Sequence record: NC_041856.1
DNA length: 24,000 bases
Origin: Streptomyces phage phiCAM
Reading direction: 5' to 3' (one strand)
Part shown: piece after piece, positions 23,926 to 24,000 of the stretch
How the letters are laid out: every line of letters begins with the position of its first letter
Position numbering within the stretch: the first letter of the stretch is position 1
Notes under the pieces: model-generated
Seen by the model: the letters and a program-made list of their open reading frames with translations, nothing else
What the model was told of the DNA's origin: nothing
Database searches by the model: none
Made by a program: the position numbers and the translations under genes

Positions 23926-24000
23926 TCAGTACCAGTGCGGGTAGCGGTTGTGCCAGAAGGCGAGGGCCTTGCTGGGCTTGCCGTAGCGGGCCTCGATGTA
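23926..24000 (-). CDS. Partial C-terminus of a minus-strand protein, tentatively transglycosylase/lysozyme-like
   Basis: Reads ...YIEARYGKPSKALAFWHNRYPHWY*, resembling C-termini of phage transglycosylase-like proteins; truncated by the window. Confidence 0.35.
   Translation of the reverse strand, partial: YIEARYGKPSKALAFWHNRYPHWY

Overview
This 24 kb window looks like part of a temperate actinobacteriophage genome, probably a Streptomyces siphovirus. The host assignment is inferred from high GC, GTG/TTG starts and gene content. On the + strand it carries: the C-terminus of a tape measure protein; distal tail and Gp37-like minor tail proteins; a collagen-like tail fibre; two small proteins starting MGAxxYPPP; an S74-type fibre; a lysis cassette (DUF2746-like membrane protein, TTG-start amidase endolysin, holin); a divergent regulatory region with a minus-strand Lsr2-like gene and a plus-strand putative HTH regulator; an early replication/nucleotide module (PD-(D/E)XK nucleases, dCMP deaminase, RecA/DnaB-like ATPase, split CHC2 and TOPRIM primase, metallophosphoesterase, class II RNR); a second Lsr2; a large serine integrase. 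On the - strand at the right end are ThyX, a small coupled ORF, and a partial gene. The most interesting signals are: (1) three intergenic leaders sharing GTGTGnnAnTGTGA, a strong hairpin (UUCG or GNRA loop) and TTGnnGnnAGTGnGAGAG before the start codon; (2) primase zinc-finger and TOPRIM ORFs overlapping by ~167 nt in different frames, with an internal Shine-Dalgarno; (3) a run of putative leaderless genes (Lsr2, 51-aa ORF, integrase) with TANNNT boxes 6-7 nt before ATG, the last overlapping an attP-like palindrome; (4) tandem promoters exactly 90 bp apart; (5) two proteins sharing an LNFM(E/D)IP N-terminus. All family calls are from reading the sequence, with no database search.
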